64,000 nucleotides of DNA, from the NCBI GenBank assembly GCA_026023565.1, contig JAPETS010000003.1, positions 186,001 through 250,000 of the forward strand. Reading direction: 5' to 3'. The translations under genes and the position numbers were made by a program. Each line of letters opens with the position of its first letter. Position 1 is the stretch's first letter. The DNA is from Cirrosporium novae-zelandiae (taxonomy: Eukaryota). Under the pieces are notes generated by a model. That model searched no databases. It had not been told where the DNA came from and was given only the letters and a program-made list of their open reading frames with translations. Of the stretch, positions 62,181 to 64,000 are shown piece by piece.

Positions 62181-63255
62181 ATGGATACCGTCAAAGAGTC
62201 TGCAGTAGTCGAACATACGGAGAACGAGTTAGCCATCCAGGATGGTTCTGGTAGCTCTCTTACCATGTCATTGAATAGCGAAGGTGGCGGCCACAGATTC
62301 GAAAACGGAAGAAGATACCATACCTACCACGCTGGACAATACGACATGCCAAATGACGACAAGGAACAGGAACGTTTGGATCTTCAACACGATATCATGG
62401 TTGAAGCCCTAGGTGGCAAGCTACAGGCTGCCCCGATCCCCGAAGATCTTCAAGAGGTACTTGATGTTGCTACAGGAACCGGGAAATGGTGCACTCAATT
62501 CGTACGTGATACTGCTCCTCGATGAATATTTCAAGAAAAACTTGTTAAAAGTAACACACAGGCCGATAAACACCCTTCAGCACGTGTCACTGGCGTTGAC
62601 CTGAGCAATATGCAGCCTGGTTGGTAAGCCTATTCTTGTTCTAAGTTCCATGTTAAATCTGTTGACAGTGATTGGCCGTAGGGTACCTCCGAACTGTTTT
62701 TTCGAAGTCGACGATTGTGAATGCGACTGGCTTTATAAACGTAAATTTGATTTGATTCATGCTCGAGCTCTCTCGGCAGGATGGAAAGACTGGGATAAGC
62801 TATGTCGGCAAGCTTTCGCGTTCTGTAAACCGGGAGGCTTTTTTGAGCTTCAAGAAATATGTCTGATCCGATGCGATTGCCCTTCTGGCAGCCACCCAAT
62901 TCCACCTTTTGTCGAGTATTGCAACTACATAGGCCAAGCAGCTACGCAAAAAGGCATTATCTGGGTGGATCCAGAAACAAATGTAGAACGAATGAAAAAA
63001 ATTGGTTTCGTCAATATTCACGTTTTGTCATACAAAGCATATATTGTTGATCCACTAATGAAAAAGGATTTGCTGAATGGTTTGGAAGGATTTGGACTCT
63101 CATTATTGACAAATGTGCTTGGATGGAGCCGCAATCAATTCGAAGTCTATTTGACGGAGGTTAGAAGGTCGATCAAGGAAGGAAAAACAAAGCATTTGTA
63201 CATGCCAATCGTTACTATATACGGCGAGAAGCCCAAAGAGTCAGAAGAGTTTTAG
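62181..63255 (+). CDS. Class I SAM-dependent methyltransferase (fungal LaeA-like/TAM-type family); introns ~62502-62561 and ~62624-62681
   Basis: FENGRRYHTY…PNDDKEQERLDLQH, VLDVATGTGKW, VTGVDLS, VPPNCFFEVDD, FDLIHAR and KPGGFFELQE. Confidence 0.88.
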
Positions 63256-63824
63256 GCAACAAGATAATGTATTTTAAAAAGTTATGAGAGGATGTTAATG
63301 CATGGCGAGTATTAGCCTAGTAGACGCCGGAAGCATTATCCACAACAATTTCCGTAATATTCAGGAATTTTGATTACGGTTTCAATAATTTTCGGTTTTT
63401 GATAATAATATTAATACGGTGGATGATTGGGGGTTAGTTGAGGAGAAGAGTGTATACATGGATTTCTATATCGTATTTACTAGTCGTAAGCCTATCAAGT
63501 ATACGCACATTATATACGGTACATACATGAATATAAGCCACCCCTTGAGCATAGGCGAATAAGTCGCGTTACACAATTAGCTAAGCCTTCCTTACTTTCG
63601 ATGGTGGCTATGCAAAATCAGCCTCGAAATATAAACCCATAGCCTTTTAAGATAAGAAACTATACTTTTCTCTTTTACCGCCATTTAATCTCATCATCTC
63701 CTATTTTCATCTCCAGCGAACCGACTTATAAACGAAGGAAGCATTTCACCCCCTTCCCGCAGTATTATACTTATCACTACAGCTAAAGGGCTTGTTTTCC
63801 AGCGTCGACACAGAGGCAGCAGCA

Positions 63825-64000
63825 CTGTCTTTTGGGTTCTCTGTCGGGATATTATTGCAGTTGGCTCTCTAGTAGCTGAAATTATTGGCTGCCTCCGCGA
63901 AGCTGGCGGCTCGAAATCGGAATACCAAGAACTGGTCGGAGAGCTGGAGTCTCTCAAGAAGGCGCTTAGCGATCTCGACAAGCTACCGCCCGGAGATTCG
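63825..64000 (+). pseudogene. 5' end of a disabled gene with a fungal HeLo-like/STAND-associated N-terminal domain; runs off the window
   Basis: CTG TCT TTT GGG TTC TCT GTC GGG, then a one-base loss, then DIIAVGSLVAEIIGCLREAGGSKSEYQELVGELESLKKALSDLDKL. Repaired, this is the common fungal MSFGFSVGD.IAV…GG…EYQEL…EL.SL..AL N-terminus. Confidence 0.68.

Noticed and set aside
54930..63255. Functional pairing of the methionine permease with the divergent SAM methyltransferase
   Set aside because: They are 4.9 kb apart across a repeat island, and I saw no shared regulatory motif near the methyltransferase.
1..64000. tRNA, rRNA, snoRNA, riboswitch, CRISPR array or intact transposase
   Set aside because: None recognised by eye. 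Small ncRNAs cannot be excluded without tRNAscan-SE or Infernal.

Overview
Eukaryotic DNA from a filamentous ascomycete (Pezizomycotina): short GT-AG introns with CTRAC-type branch points and Aspergillus-like conserved proteins. It holds about 18 intact genes: GH43 hydrolase, DHA2-type MFS transporter, FAR11/STRIP, MAK16, DUF3431 protein, a stand-alone A-T-TE NRPS-like enzyme, peptidyl-tRNA hydrolase, RVS161/Hob3, a GAS2(GAR)-domain protein, a COG1/Vps51-family protein, a NADAR protein, a secreted carboxylesterase, a CDC25-type RasGEF, a sugar porter, a small single-pass membrane protein, GPI13, a MUP1-type methionine permease and a SAM-dependent methyltransferase. There are also two apparent pseudogenes missed by the ORF track: a relic at about 32.9-33.8 kb and a disabled HeLo-like/STAND-type N-terminus at the right edge. 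Gene blocks are separated by AT-rich, microsatellite-dense islands (about 11.8-13.7, 27.1-28.7, 32.6-36.1 and 57.8-62.0 kb). These islands share three small dispersed repeat families whose copies differ by C>T/G>A changes and independent slippage expansions. I found no proven new system. The best leads are the orphan NRPS-like enzyme with an Asn at the TE acid position, a membrane protein carrying both PxIxIT and LPxY motifs, alternative RasGEF C-termini through a retainable last intron, the broken NLR-like gene and the repeat/skew behaviour of the islands. All assignments come from reading motifs by eye; no searches were run.
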